Below are positions 9,401-18,285 of a stretch of 64,000 nucleotides of DNA, piece after piece. How positions within the stretch are numbered: position 1 is the first letter of the stretch; every line of letters starts with the position of its first letter. A model generated the notes under the pieces. The model did not search any database, was not told where the DNA came from, and saw only the letters and a list, made by a program, of their open reading frames with translations. The DNA is from Verrucomicrobiales bacterium (GTDB lineage Bacteria > Verrucomicrobiota > Verrucomicrobiia > Verrucomicrobiales > V1-33): NCBI GenBank assembly GCA_031411295.1, contig JANOAV010000105.1, positions 5,013-69,012 of the forward strand. The letters run 5' to 3'. Position numbers and translations under genes: made by a program.

Positions 9401-12400
9401 TGAAGATGTGACTGCTGTCACCCTCAATGGTTCTGGCTCACGGACCCTGCCCACGCCAGCCACGACCACGACCTACACCATCACTGGGATTCGTGGATCG
9501 GGAACGCCCGTGACCCGCTCCGTGACGGTCTATGTAAATTCCCCGCCGGTGATTCTAACGTTTGCCGCAGATGACGCCACGTTGCTCCCTGGGGCTCCGC
9601 TGACGCTGCGTTGGACCAGCCTCTTCGGCACCACTTTCACGCTGAGTAATGGCGTTACTAACACGAACGTCACCAGTAATACGACCACCGCCCCCGATGG
9701 CACTCAGAGTGGATTCATTACCATAGCTGCTCCTGCGGCGGATACCACCTACAGCCTCACGGCTACCAATACGTTCGCCCCTCCGACAGTTAGCACCACC
9801 CTTATCGATATCGGGACTGGTCCGACGCTGACATTTACAGGAGACAAGGCCACGATGCTGCAGGGTTCCTTCCTGACGCTAAACTGGACGGTCACGGACG
9901 GCGGCAATGCCACGATTACACCGCGTCTTAACAACTCATCGCTGTCCACCAGCGTCCCCAATACGGGCACCAGTGTGGAGCAACCCCAGTTGACCACTAC
10001 TTACACCCTGAGCGCATCCAACATTTACGGTAGTTCCTCAGCCACGACCACGATAACCATGCCAGAGCGCTTTGGAATTTCGCCAGCCGGCTGGACAGTG
10101 CAGGTGGATTACTGGAATCGCTTTGGATACACCGATCCTGTTTTTGGAATTCGCAATGCCCATACGGCAGCAGCCTATCAAAGTGACGAAATGTTTGCCA
10201 TCACAGACGCAGCGCTGGGTGACCGCGGACCGCTCGCCACGGTTAACACGAATACAACGACCCCTGCATTGAGCGGCCCGGCCGTGCCTCCGAACGCTCA
10301 ACCCGGCACTGGCGAGAAGTTGCTCATGCGCTATCGCGAAACGGGCGTGGCGGTTATCAACTATGATGATGCGGCCGCAGCCACCGGCAGCATTCCCGGC
10401 AGCGTTCGTCCACCTCCAGCGTTGACCGCAGGGGTTACCTATGACCAGTATGCCCTCAAGGCCACTGCCACCTTGGTGGTGAATGCGCCAGGCGACTACA
10501 CCATCGGGATCAACAACGATGACGGTGGGCGGTTGCGGATCGATTTGAATAACGATGGTGATTTCAGCGACGGAGGGGAAACGCTGGTGCAGGATGAAAC
10601 TTACCATGGCTTCCTTGGCACCCTCCCACTCACCTCCACGGTATCCCTCCAAGCCGGCGCCTATCCCATTGAATACATGTATTTCGAAGGTGCTGGTGGC
10701 TCCGGTGGGGAAGTCTTCTTCGTTGATCCGGATGACCAATGCCGCATCAAGCCCCTGCCCATCGTGAGTGCCAGTCCGACCGCTCCTGTAACCACGGACG
10801 TCGTTATTAGCGAATTCATGGCCGTGAATAACAATACGCTGGAGGACTTGGAGCACAACAATCCTGACTGGATCGAACTCTACAACGGAACCGCTGCCGC
10901 CATTAGCCTCAATGGATATTTCCTAACAGACAATGCTGCCATTCCTAATAAATGGGCCTTCCCCAACACCGCGAGCGTCCCAGCGGGTGGCTATCTGATC
11001 GTCTTTGCCTCCGGGAAAGCGACCCGCATTCCTCCGCCTCCCGCCACAGAGTTCCACACGAATTTCACCCTCGGTGGTGGCGTGGGTTATGTGGCTCTGA
11101 AGAAGAGCGATGGTGCCGGTGGGTATCTCAATGTTTCCTCTTTCAACTACCCCAACCAGCGCGGAGATGTTTCCTACGGTTGGTATGATGGAACCAATAT
11201 CGGTTATTCCAGCACGCCCACTCCGGGGAAATTGAACATGGGCGGAGCGGCCAGTCTGGTCACAGGCGACACTCATTTCAGTGTGGATCGAGGCATCAAA
11301 ACGGCGGCGTTTAGCTTGGAAATTACGGCCAGCGACACCACCCCAGGAACCATCATTCGCTACACCACGGATGGCTCCATCCCCACGGCCCTCAATGGCC
11401 AGAACTACACCGTCCCCATTCCCATCAGCGTCACTACCGCAGTGCGGGCCATCGCCATGCGAGCCGGTGCCATTCCCACCAACTCCGACACCCAGACCTA
11501 CATTTTCCTGGACGATGTGTTGACGCAGAACACCGTCCAAGCCCTCGCCAAAGGCTGGCCGAACTCTATCGTGGCCGGACAGACGTTCGACTTCGGCATG
11601 GATGCGGCCATCGTGGCCGGCAAGGAAACGGAAGTGAAAAATGCGCTCAAAGCCATCCCCACGGTCTCCGTAGTCACGGACATCACGAACCTCACCGACC
11701 CGAACTGCGGGATCTTTGTGGAGAGCCAGTTCCGGGGCCGGGCGTTCGAGCGCAACTGCTCCGTCGAATTGCTCAACGACAAGGGTGATCTCAATGGCAA
11801 TTTCCAAATCGAAGCAGGAATTCGTTCGCGCGGTGGATTCAGCCGCAGTGATGGCAATCCCAAGCACTCTTGGCACCTCTATTTCCGCAACGACCCCGGT
11901 TACGGCGGACGTTTGAAATATTCCCTCTACGGCACTGAAGGCACCAACCGTTTCGAGCAGATCGATCTCGCCACCGCCAATAATTACTCATGGTCATTCG
12001 CTCCGGAAAACGCCAACCTGCGGACCTTGGCTTACACCAACAGCTCCAATACCACCACCACGTTCCAATGGCGCTACAACACGTTCGTGCGGGACTTGGC
12101 CAGCCGGGATCTGCAAATTGACATGAGCGGCTATGGCACCCGCAACAAATACGTCCATCTCTACATCAACGGCATTTATTGGGGCCTGCATTATTTCCAA
12201 GAACGGGCGGAGGCTTCGTTTGGTGAAGAATATTTTGGAGGCGACAAGAATAACTATGACGTCATCAAATCCTCCGGCAGCACTAACGGTTACCAAACGG
12301 AAGCTACCGACGGAGATATGACCCGTGGTATTACCGGCACGGCCACCGTGGACGGCAACTACCAAAGCGCCTGGGCCAAATTTTACGGAGGCGCGCTCGA

Positions 12401-15188
12401 TATTCGTCAGCGCAACGGCAACCTCCTCACCCCGGCTGCCATCAACGATCGTAACGTCCGCCTCTATAAACTCATGGGCATGGACTACAATCCCAGCACG
12501 CAGACCGCCACGCCGAATCCCGCTTATCCTGTGCTGCTGGACGTGAACAACCTCGTCGATTACATCCTCATTACCTGCTACGCGGGTGCCTACGATGCTC
12601 CACTGTCCACGTTTGTAACCACCTCCGGTTCCAACAACTGGACCGCCATGCGGGATCGCGCGGGCAATCGTGGTTTCCGTTACTTCGTATGGGATTTCGA
12701 GCACGGCTTGGGCACGGACATGCTCAGTGGGGACTTCACTGCGGGCTACAGCTTGGACGTTGATCCTAGCGCCACTAGCAACGTGAAATTTGTCGGTTCC
12801 ACCATCGGCAACGCCACCCAGGCAAGCTACCGTTCCTACAATCGCCTGGGACCATGGGCCTTTGGTAACGGAGCCGTCACCCTCAATCCGCGGGCTCCTC
12901 TACCCACGTTCCAACAATATCGAGGAGACTTCAGTGGCACCAATCCGGAATATTTCTGGGATCCCTTCTACTATAACACGGGAAATGATCTAGCCCGCTC
13001 AAATCCTCAGTTCCTGCATGAAATGCTGGCCTTTTCCAGCGAATACCGTCGCCTGTTTGCCGACCGCGCTCAAGTCATGCTCCGCCAAGGCGGGCCATTG
13101 ACTACCCCCAAAGTGCTGGCCCGGATCGATGCCCGCAAAGTTCAGTTGGAAAATGCCGTCATTGCAGAATCCGCCCGCTGGGGCAATGCCAAAGGCGTCG
13201 CCCTCACTAACTACGACAAAAATGCCTGGCTCGCAGCCGTGCAGAATATGAAAGATTGGGTCATTCAAGGATCCAACCAACATGTGCTCAACAGCCTGCC
13301 CATCTATGAAGCTGGCGGAGTCATCCCACGGGCTGGCACAAACGTCCAAGGCCCTGGACGTGCTGAGTTGCTCATTTCCCAGCTCAAAGCCTATAAGGAC
13401 GGCGGTTCCAGTGGCGGGTTTGCCACTGTGACTACCAAGGCCCTAACATCCAACGTCGCCACTATCACCACGAATCCCGCCCATGGCTTCGTCGTCGGAC
13501 AACCGGTGCTCATCGTGCTGAACGGAGCGGATGCAGTGTTTGACGGCACTTGGACCATTGCCAGTGTCCCCACGCCAACAACGTTCACCTACGCCCGCAC
13601 CAATCCTACCAACGTCGCTTCTGCCGGGGCTGGTGGAACTGTAACTCCATCTGCGCAAAACTTTACCATCACGAATAAAGCACTCGCGACCAACGTGACA
13701 ACGCTGACCACTTCATCGCCTCATGGTTACCTCGTGAACCAACAAGTGACCGTGGCTATGACTCCGGCGGACGCAGTATTTGACGGCACTTACACGATTA
13801 CGGCCGTGCCAACCATCACCACCTTCAGTTACGCCAAAACCAACGCCAACGTTACTGCGGTGGCTGCCTTCGGCCTCGTGACGCCAACTACTCCTCCGGC
13901 AGCAAATATCACGGGTGCCGCAGCCTATGTCGTGCCTAACTTGTTCCCCAGCATCGATGCCCCAACCCTCAGCCTGAGTGGTGGCGTGGTTCCCACCAAC
14001 ACCACCGTGACCCTGACCAATCCGAACACAGGTTCCATCGCCAATCAGACGATTTACTACAGCACGATCGGAGTGGATCCACGGCCCATCGGCGGCGGAG
14101 CCCCTGCGGGCGGCACCTCCAGCATCGGAGTCAATGGCACCGTCAGCGGCAATGCAACCCTAACGGTAACCGGAGCCCTCGTGGCTCGCGTCTATGACAG
14201 CGTGGCCCAAGACTGGTCTGCACTCAGCAGAGGGGACTTTATTGTTGGGGTAGTGGCATCCGCTGCCAATTTCCTCATCACGGAAATGAACTACAACCCT
14301 GACAACACCACCCTGACGAGCACCGATGGTCAAAGTTTCGAGTTCGTCGAACTGCAGAACATCAGTGCCAGCCCGATCGATCTCACGGGGGTGAAATTCA
14401 CCACCGGCATCACCTACAACTTCCCGCTGGGACAAATCCTCCCCGCTGGAGAACGTCTGGTGATCGTGAAGGACCCTGTCGCTTTCGCCACCCGCTACCC
14501 AGACGCCAGCTACCCCGGCCTCTCCGCTAAAGTTGTCGGAACCTACAGCGGCTCGTTAGACAACGGTGGCGAGCAAATCGTCCTCAAAGCCCAGAACGGA
14601 AGTGACATCCGCAACTTCACTTACGGTGATGATGCCGACTGGCCACAGCTCCCAGACGGCCGCGGCCGCACGCTCGTCTTTACCTGTGCCGCCGGAGGCG
14701 AGGCTGTCTCCGCCGGGAATGATCCCGCCAACTGGTTCACCCACGCCCTCTTCCACGGCAACCCCGGCGGACCAGACTGCACCAGCTACAGCGCTTGGGC
14801 CGCCGCCAACTCAGCGTCCACACTTGGAGATGCCGATACCAGCGACCAAGACGGCGTTTCCGATCTGCTGGAATACTTCTTCGGCGGCAGCCTGACCAGC
14901 AGCAGCACCGATAAAATGCCCTTCGCCAGCGTCGCTAACCTCGTGGTGAATAACGTGGCCGCCGACTACCAAGTCATTACCTTCACCCGCGCCCCCGGCA
15001 CCGAAGACGCGTCCTTTGTGGTGCAAATCTCGGATGACCTCACTAATCCATCCTGGACCAACACCGCTGTCCTCACCATCCGCACGGAAAACCTCGACGG
15101 CTCCGTAACCTTCGTTTACCGTGCCCCGCTGGCCTACTCCGAGGACAACCGCAACTTCATGCGCGTGCAGGTGAACTACACGCCGTAA
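6420..15188 (+). CDS. Giant secreted multidomain protein: LamG-like, two discoidin-like repeats, PA14-like, Ig-like, lamin-tail domains, chitobiase/FN3-associated, CotH kinase-like core, conserved C-terminal domain
   Basis: Signal peptide (..SSAEA/K); LLGYWNFDG..WQHACMVWDG..MDEICIYDEAL (LamG); GDDGADL and NNDDGGRL (PA14); VVISEFMA..DWIELYN and LITEMNYN..EFVELQN (LTD); IRYTTDGSIP; YVHLYINGIYWGL..QER and FVWDFEH (CotH). Confidence 0.85.
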   Translation: MKNPLFRLVPSLCGSALLLASSAEAKLLGYWNFDGPSSTSTSDRLKDKSGNGYHGRDPNYGGGTGVNRVFFNAVDVPRAPYLVPPGNTNYCLDLTGNSTAGTENNRYVVIEPDAAGDGSGTTAAAGAVDSTGNAFNLGNTTGTSVAATGFRFTVAFWYKGNAVQTYSNYVSKGGEAYGNAGKAFEGWAVRKNNTNVRMDWVTRGSWANTGDLDGGADYNNRSGGTLAAPSLNGVVVAVGNVANNTIGNITDNLAAGTWQHACMVWDGTRKHMYINGFHNKSETIAGATYIGTTAKLVFGVDYTTANAVNVLKFSRTRMDEICIYDEALTPGQVEDLARGASPLTPLRTQWRPFDFAMPTANPNLVPYNSAYPPAYAAGNLSPTGAAYPLSTGGLPANALDGNLATAYINLKGVYSGLMTTLPATNIVKSFTITTAAANPERDPATYELWGTASALTSADNSGGRAEAWTLIQSGALGLPATRGTTVTIPVTNSTTYLNYKIVFPTLTGATEKTMQIAEIQYFTSTDGTGVGLLLPASVARAIAEPTISNGQSWHQGAEQVAKVIDGVTTTKYLNTAGAGTGFIVTPAAASVVQSFRATTANDTPGRDPTFYAIYGTNDTIKSLNNTDGKAENWTLIQQGRLTMPFARTTLGPVVTLTNSTSYTSYKVVFPMNGGEVLFQLAEFQLYPTTDATGAGVLAPANPILGVAENYMGPLSVASFYAGYTGGPLMPQGGPGYMGIFEQRANGNLRRPDGSSSGNANVYTGDSPIMYARWGSLNAPSYTPGIINYPIVRGTTTSINFGDDNSSIATGYDGAQNEFLTSSIPAAQDNMVQMIQGCFRVTTPGKYTFTLRGDDGADLAIAGATWLSMTAGNNFGSIVGDTLQNHMTTGDTNNVAVVNFPTAGDYNFRYSYSEATGGAFNEVLYAQGEFVAYDAVAFKQLGDPAGGLSLVDHTPMMDIRSTVLLVTGGVPATQTLTWDAGYATNVKINGGAFANEDVTAVTLNGSGSRTLPTPATTTTYTITGIRGSGTPVTRSVTVYVNSPPVILTFAADDATLLPGAPLTLRWTSLFGTTFTLSNGVTNTNVTSNTTTAPDGTQSGFITIAAPAADTTYSLTATNTFAPPTVSTTLIDIGTGPTLTFTGDKATMLQGSFLTLNWTVTDGGNATITPRLNNSSLSTSVPNTGTSVEQPQLTTTYTLSASNIYGSSSATTTITMPERFGISPAGWTVQVDYWNRFGYTDPVFGIRNAHTAAAYQSDEMFAITDAALGDRGPLATVNTNTTTPALSGPAVPPNAQPGTGEKLLMRYRETGVAVINYDDAAAATGSIPGSVRPPPALTAGVTYDQYALKATATLVVNAPGDYTIGINNDDGGRLRIDLNNDGDFSDGGETLVQDETYHGFLGTLPLTSTVSLQAGAYPIEYMYFEGAGGSGGEVFFVDPDDQCRIKPLPIVSASPTAPVTTDVVISEFMAVNNNTLEDLEHNNPDWIELYNGTAAAISLNGYFLTDNAAIPNKWAFPNTASVPAGGYLIVFASGKATRIPPPPATEFHTNFTLGGGVGYVALKKSDGAGGYLNVSSFNYPNQRGDVSYGWYDGTNIGYSSTPTPGKLNMGGAASLVTGDTHFSVDRGIKTAAFSLEITASDTTPGTIIRYTTDGSIPTALNGQNYTVPIPISVTTAVRAIAMRAGAIPTNSDTQTYIFLDDVLTQNTVQALAKGWPNSIVAGQTFDFGMDAAIVAGKETEVKNALKAIPTVSVVTDITNLTDPNCGIFVESQFRGRAFERNCSVELLNDKGDLNGNFQIEAGIRSRGGFSRSDGNPKHSWHLYFRNDPGYGGRLKYSLYGTEGTNRFEQIDLATANNYSWSFAPENANLRTLAYTNSSNTTTTFQWRYNTFVRDLASRDLQIDMSGYGTRNKYVHLYINGIYWGLHYFQERAEASFGEEYFGGDKNNYDVIKSSGSTNGYQTEATDGDMTRGITGTATVDGNYQSAWAKFYGGALDIRQRNGNLLTPAAINDRNVRLYKLMGMDYNPSTQTATPNPAYPVLLDVNNLVDYILITCYAGAYDAPLSTFVTTSGSNNWTAMRDRAGNRGFRYFVWDFEHGLGTDMLSGDFTAGYSLDVDPSATSNVKFVGSTIGNATQASYRSYNRLGPWAFGNGAVTLNPRAPLPTFQQYRGDFSGTNPEYFWDPFYYNTGNDLARSNPQFLHEMLAFSSEYRRLFADRAQVMLRQGGPLTTPKVLARIDARKVQLENAVIAESARWGNAKGVALTNYDKNAWLAAVQNMKDWVIQGSNQHVLNSLPIYEAGGVIPRAGTNVQGPGRAELLISQLKAYKDGGSSGGFATVTTKALTSNVATITTNPAHGFVVGQPVLIVLNGADAVFDGTWTIASVPTPTTFTYARTNPTNVASAGAGGTVTPSAQNFTITNKALATNVTTLTTSSPHGYLVNQQVTVAMTPADAVFDGTYTITAVPTITTFSYAKTNANVTAVAAFGLVTPTTPPAANITGAAAYVVPNLFPSIDAPTLSLSGGVVPTNTTVTLTNPNTGSIANQTIYYSTIGVDPRPIGGGAPAGGTSSIGVNGTVSGNATLTVTGALVARVYDSVAQDWSALSRGDFIVGVVASAANFLITEMNYNPDNTTLTSTDGQSFEFVELQNISASPIDLTGVKFTTGITYNFPLGQILPAGERLVIVKDPVAFATRYPDASYPGLSAKVVGTYSGSLDNGGEQIVLKAQNGSDIRNFTYGDDADWPQLPDGRGRTLVFTCAAGGEAVSAGNDPANWFTHALFHGNPGGPDCTSYSAWAAANSASTLGDADTSDQDGVSDLLEYFFGGSLTSSSTDKMPFASVANLVVNNVAADYQVITFTRAPGTEDASFVVQISDDLTNPSWTNTAVLTIRTENLDGSVTFVYRAPLAYSEDNRNFMRVQVNYTP

Positions 15189-15354
15189 TGGGCGGTTCAG
15201 CCGAGGCGCGGAGCAGGGATCATCCAAGGTCTGGTGGAGGCGGCAGTCAATGCCAATGCCAAGCGCTCAGACTTGGAAAATTGGCTCACCGGACGCTGTC
15301 TCGGACTGGCGTCAGCAAACCCAACAACACTTACTCTCCGCCAAGTAAGCGAGA

Positions 15355-15376
15355 GTGGAGCAGTCCGCTGGACTGC
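15355..15376 (+). repeat. REP-like palindrome GTGGAGCAGTCCGCTGGACTGC (copy 1)
   Basis: Stem GCAGTCC-GCT-GGACTGC preceded by GTGG. The identical 22-mer occurs at 59939-59960. Confidence 0.8.
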
Positions 15377-15457
15377 GCGTTGTAATTTCTCCGTTAGAAA
15401 ACTTGCCAATTTCCCGAAACCCTTGTTGAGTGCGGGCAGTCACCATTTATTCGCACC

Positions 15458-16465
15458 ATGCTAACTGAAAACGATCTTTTGCCCTCCCGTCCGTTAATCG
15501 CCGCTTTGCGGAAGACGTTGAATGAAGTGATCTTTGGCAAGCCCGATCTGATTGATTTGGTGCTCGTGGGGTTGTTCGCCCGGGGGCACATGTTGCTGGA
15601 GGGCTTGCCCGGATTGGGGAAGACGGAGTTGGTCAAGGGCCTTAGCAAAACGCTGCAACTGGGGACCCGCCGGATTCAATTTACCCCGGATTTACTGCCA
15701 GGGGACATTACCGGAAACCCCATCCTCCAAGAAACCGCTCAGGGACGACAGTTTGTTTTCTCCCCGGGACCGATTTTCACCAACTTGGTGCTGGCAGACG
15801 AAATTAACCGAGCCTCCCCCAAAACGCAGTCTGCGCTGCTCGAGGCCATGCAGGAACGTCGGGTTACCGTGCTGGGAGAAACTCACATTTTGCCGGATCC
15901 TTTCTTCGTGCTCGCCACGCAAAACCCTATTGAATTAGAAGGCACGTATCCGTTGCCGGAAGCGCAGTTGGACCGCTTCCTATTTAAAGTGGAAGTGCTG
16001 CGCAACGATGCAACCACGTTGGAGCGCATCGTGAAAGATCGCGAACTGGGCGTGGAGCCCACCGTGGAGGCGGTCTTGAGTCACGACCAACTGGCCGATC
16101 TGCATCGCCTAACAAGACAAATTTTCCTGCCCGATGTGGTGGCAAATTACATTGCCCGGATCGTGGACGCCACGCATCCAGGACAATCGGCCGCCTCGGC
16201 TCAGGTAAAATTTGGCGCCAGCCCCCGGGCGGCCTTGAGTTTGGCGTCTGCCGTCAAAGCCCGCGCCATGATGGAAGGTCGACTGAATGCCAGCTTCGAG
16301 GATGTGGCCGCGCTCGCCTTGCCGGTGCTCAATCACCGGATCATCCTGGACTACGCCGCCAAAATTGCCGGTCGCACCACCGCCCATGTCGTGGCGGATA
16401 TTTTAAAGGAAGTGCCCGCCCGGGCTGGCGCACTGCCCAAACCCCTAACTCAAGCCAGCGCGTGA
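15458..16465 (+). CDS. moxR: MoxR-family AAA+ ATPase
   Basis: Walker A GLPGLGKT; RIQFTPDLLPGDITG; LADEINRASPKTQSALLEAMQE; ATQNPIELEGTYPLPEAQLDRF; GASPRA. Confidence 0.95.
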   Translation: MLTENDLLPSRPLIAALRKTLNEVIFGKPDLIDLVLVGLFARGHMLLEGLPGLGKTELVKGLSKTLQLGTRRIQFTPDLLPGDITGNPILQETAQGRQFVFSPGPIFTNLVLADEINRASPKTQSALLEAMQERRVTVLGETHILPDPFFVLATQNPIELEGTYPLPEAQLDRFLFKVEVLRNDATTLERIVKDRELGVEPTVEAVLSHDQLADLHRLTRQIFLPDVVANYIARIVDATHPGQSAASAQVKFGASPRAALSLASAVKARAMMEGRLNASFEDVAALALPVLNHRIILDYAAKIAGRTTAHVVADILKEVPARAGALPKPLTQASA

Positions 16466-18285
16466 GGACCACCCATCGTGCATTCCCCCCGAAGCTGGCT
16501 TCGCTGGTGTTGCTCTGGTGCTGCGGCCTATCCTTGGCGAGCGCTGCCAGTAGCTCGCGCTTTCCGATTGGTGATCCCGCCAAATCCACCTCCTACGTGG
16601 AAATGGAGTCGGTCTTCTCCTCGTGTCCGCCCGCTGGCATGGCGGTGGTGCGAGTCACGGTTCGCAACGACACGGAGTCTGCCCTCAGTTTTAGTCTCAG
16701 CGGAAGTGCCCGGCAGGGAGGTTACCGGGAAACCCACACGACCCAGAGTCAGCATCCCTTTGCGGCCCCATCGGAGCAGACATCCTATCACACGCTTTTG
16801 ATCCCCATGTGCAGTGTGCCCAAGGACAGCGGGGGCGGCTGGTCAGGAGGCGGGCAAGGGCTGTCACTAAAGTTGACAGGCGCAACCAGTGGTAATTTCG
16901 GGACCAATTCCTTCGATGAGGCCAAGGAAATGGCCGCATTCACCAAATCCCTGACCACGGACCAGATTCAAAAATTCAACTCCGACACGACGTTACCCAC
17001 GGCTCACATTGGTCGGCCGCGCGAGTTTGCGGTGCAGTTCGAGCACACCTTCCTCCCGTCCGACTGGCGGGCGCTGAGCGGATTCGATTACGTTAGCTTC
17101 GCGACCAACGAATGGTTGCAGTTGACTGCAGCGGTCCGGGCCAGCGTGCTCCAGTGGGTGGAACTTGGCGGCACCCTGACACTTTACACCCAGTCCAAGG
17201 AAAAGCTGGACCAACTCCAAATTCGACTCCCTTCTCCGTCGCAGGAAACCTATGGCCTGGGTCGCGTGCGTCTGCTGCCGTGGGACGGACTGATGCTACG
17301 CCAGGATCATTTGCGGGAAGCGTATCCGGCCAATGGCAAATCCAAAAACGTCCCACCCAAGTCGAACCTGGCCGACGCGCGTGGGCAACGGTTCTGGACG
17401 AAATTGCAGAACCAATTTGGCGAACGGAGTTTTGCCGCGTGGCAGATCGGAATTATTCTGGTGCTCTTTGGCTTGCTGGTGGGGCCGATTAATTTGTTCT
17501 ATTTTGCCAAAGCGGGTCAGCGGCATCGCTTGTTTTTCACCACTCCGATCATTTCACTGGGGGCTAGTTTGCTCTTGATCGTGTTCATTCTGTTTCAGGA
17601 CGGCACGGGTGGTTCCGGCGTGCAGACCTCGTTAGTTTACGTGAATCCCAACGCTTCCACCGTCAGTATTCACCAAGAGCAACTCTCCCGCACCGGGGTG
17701 CTGTTTTCTTCCGGCTTCCAAACGGATGAGCCCGCCGTGCTCACGCCGGTCTTGCTCAGTGAGAGTCGCTGGACCCGCCTGAAACCTCCCGGGAATGGCT
17801 CCCCGCAATCGTATAACCAAGCGGATGCCAAATCCTTTGCGGGCGACTGGTTTCAGAGTCGGAGTGAGCAGGCACAGATTGTGGAAATGGTGCGCAGTTC
17901 GCGTGGCCGCATCGAGCTTGCCAGCGCTCCCGACCAGCCTCCGGTCTTGCGATCCAGCTTCGGGTATGCCTTGGAGCAACTCTTTTACGTTGATCAAGAC
18001 GGTAAGCTGTGGCGCACGAACGGATCGTTAGCCACGGGTGGAAGCGCCACCCTAGCTGCGGCCACAGAATCAGACTTGGAGGGAGCCTTGGGGGAGTATG
18101 GCGTGCAGCCCCATCTTTTGCTAGCAAATCCCTCCCCTGTGATCCCTCCGTTGCCTAAGCAGCATTTCTTCGCCTTCACCCGGGATGCGAAGGCGGAATT
18201 CATCCCCACCCTAATTTCCATCAAATGGTCCCAGCGGCAGAGTTTCGTCTGGGGTCCCATTGCCACCACCGCACCGCTTCCATGA
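16462..18285 (+). CDS. Hypothetical membrane-anchored protein of the MoxR/ABC operon
   Basis: GTGA overlap with moxR; signal peptide; 'QWVELGGTL' segment; two TM helices (LVLFGLLVGPINLF, FFTTPIISL). Confidence 0.8.
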   Translation: MRTTHRAFPPKLASLVLLWCCGLSLASAASSSRFPIGDPAKSTSYVEMESVFSSCPPAGMAVVRVTVRNDTESALSFSLSGSARQGGYRETHTTQSQHPFAAPSEQTSYHTLLIPMCSVPKDSGGGWSGGGQGLSLKLTGATSGNFGTNSFDEAKEMAAFTKSLTTDQIQKFNSDTTLPTAHIGRPREFAVQFEHTFLPSDWRALSGFDYVSFATNEWLQLTAAVRASVLQWVELGGTLTLYTQSKEKLDQLQIRLPSPSQETYGLGRVRLLPWDGLMLRQDHLREAYPANGKSKNVPPKSNLADARGQRFWTKLQNQFGERSFAAWQIGIILVLFGLLVGPINLFYFAKAGQRHRLFFTTPIISLGASLLLIVFILFQDGTGGSGVQTSLVYVNPNASTVSIHQEQLSRTGVLFSSGFQTDEPAVLTPVLLSESRWTRLKPPGNGSPQSYNQADAKSFAGDWFQSRSEQAQIVEMVRSSRGRIELASAPDQPPVLRSSFGYALEQLFYVDQDGKLWRTNGSLATGGSATLAAATESDLEGALGEYGVQPHLLLANPSPVIPPLPKQHFFAFTRDAKAEFIPTLISIKWSQRQSFVWGPIATTAPLP

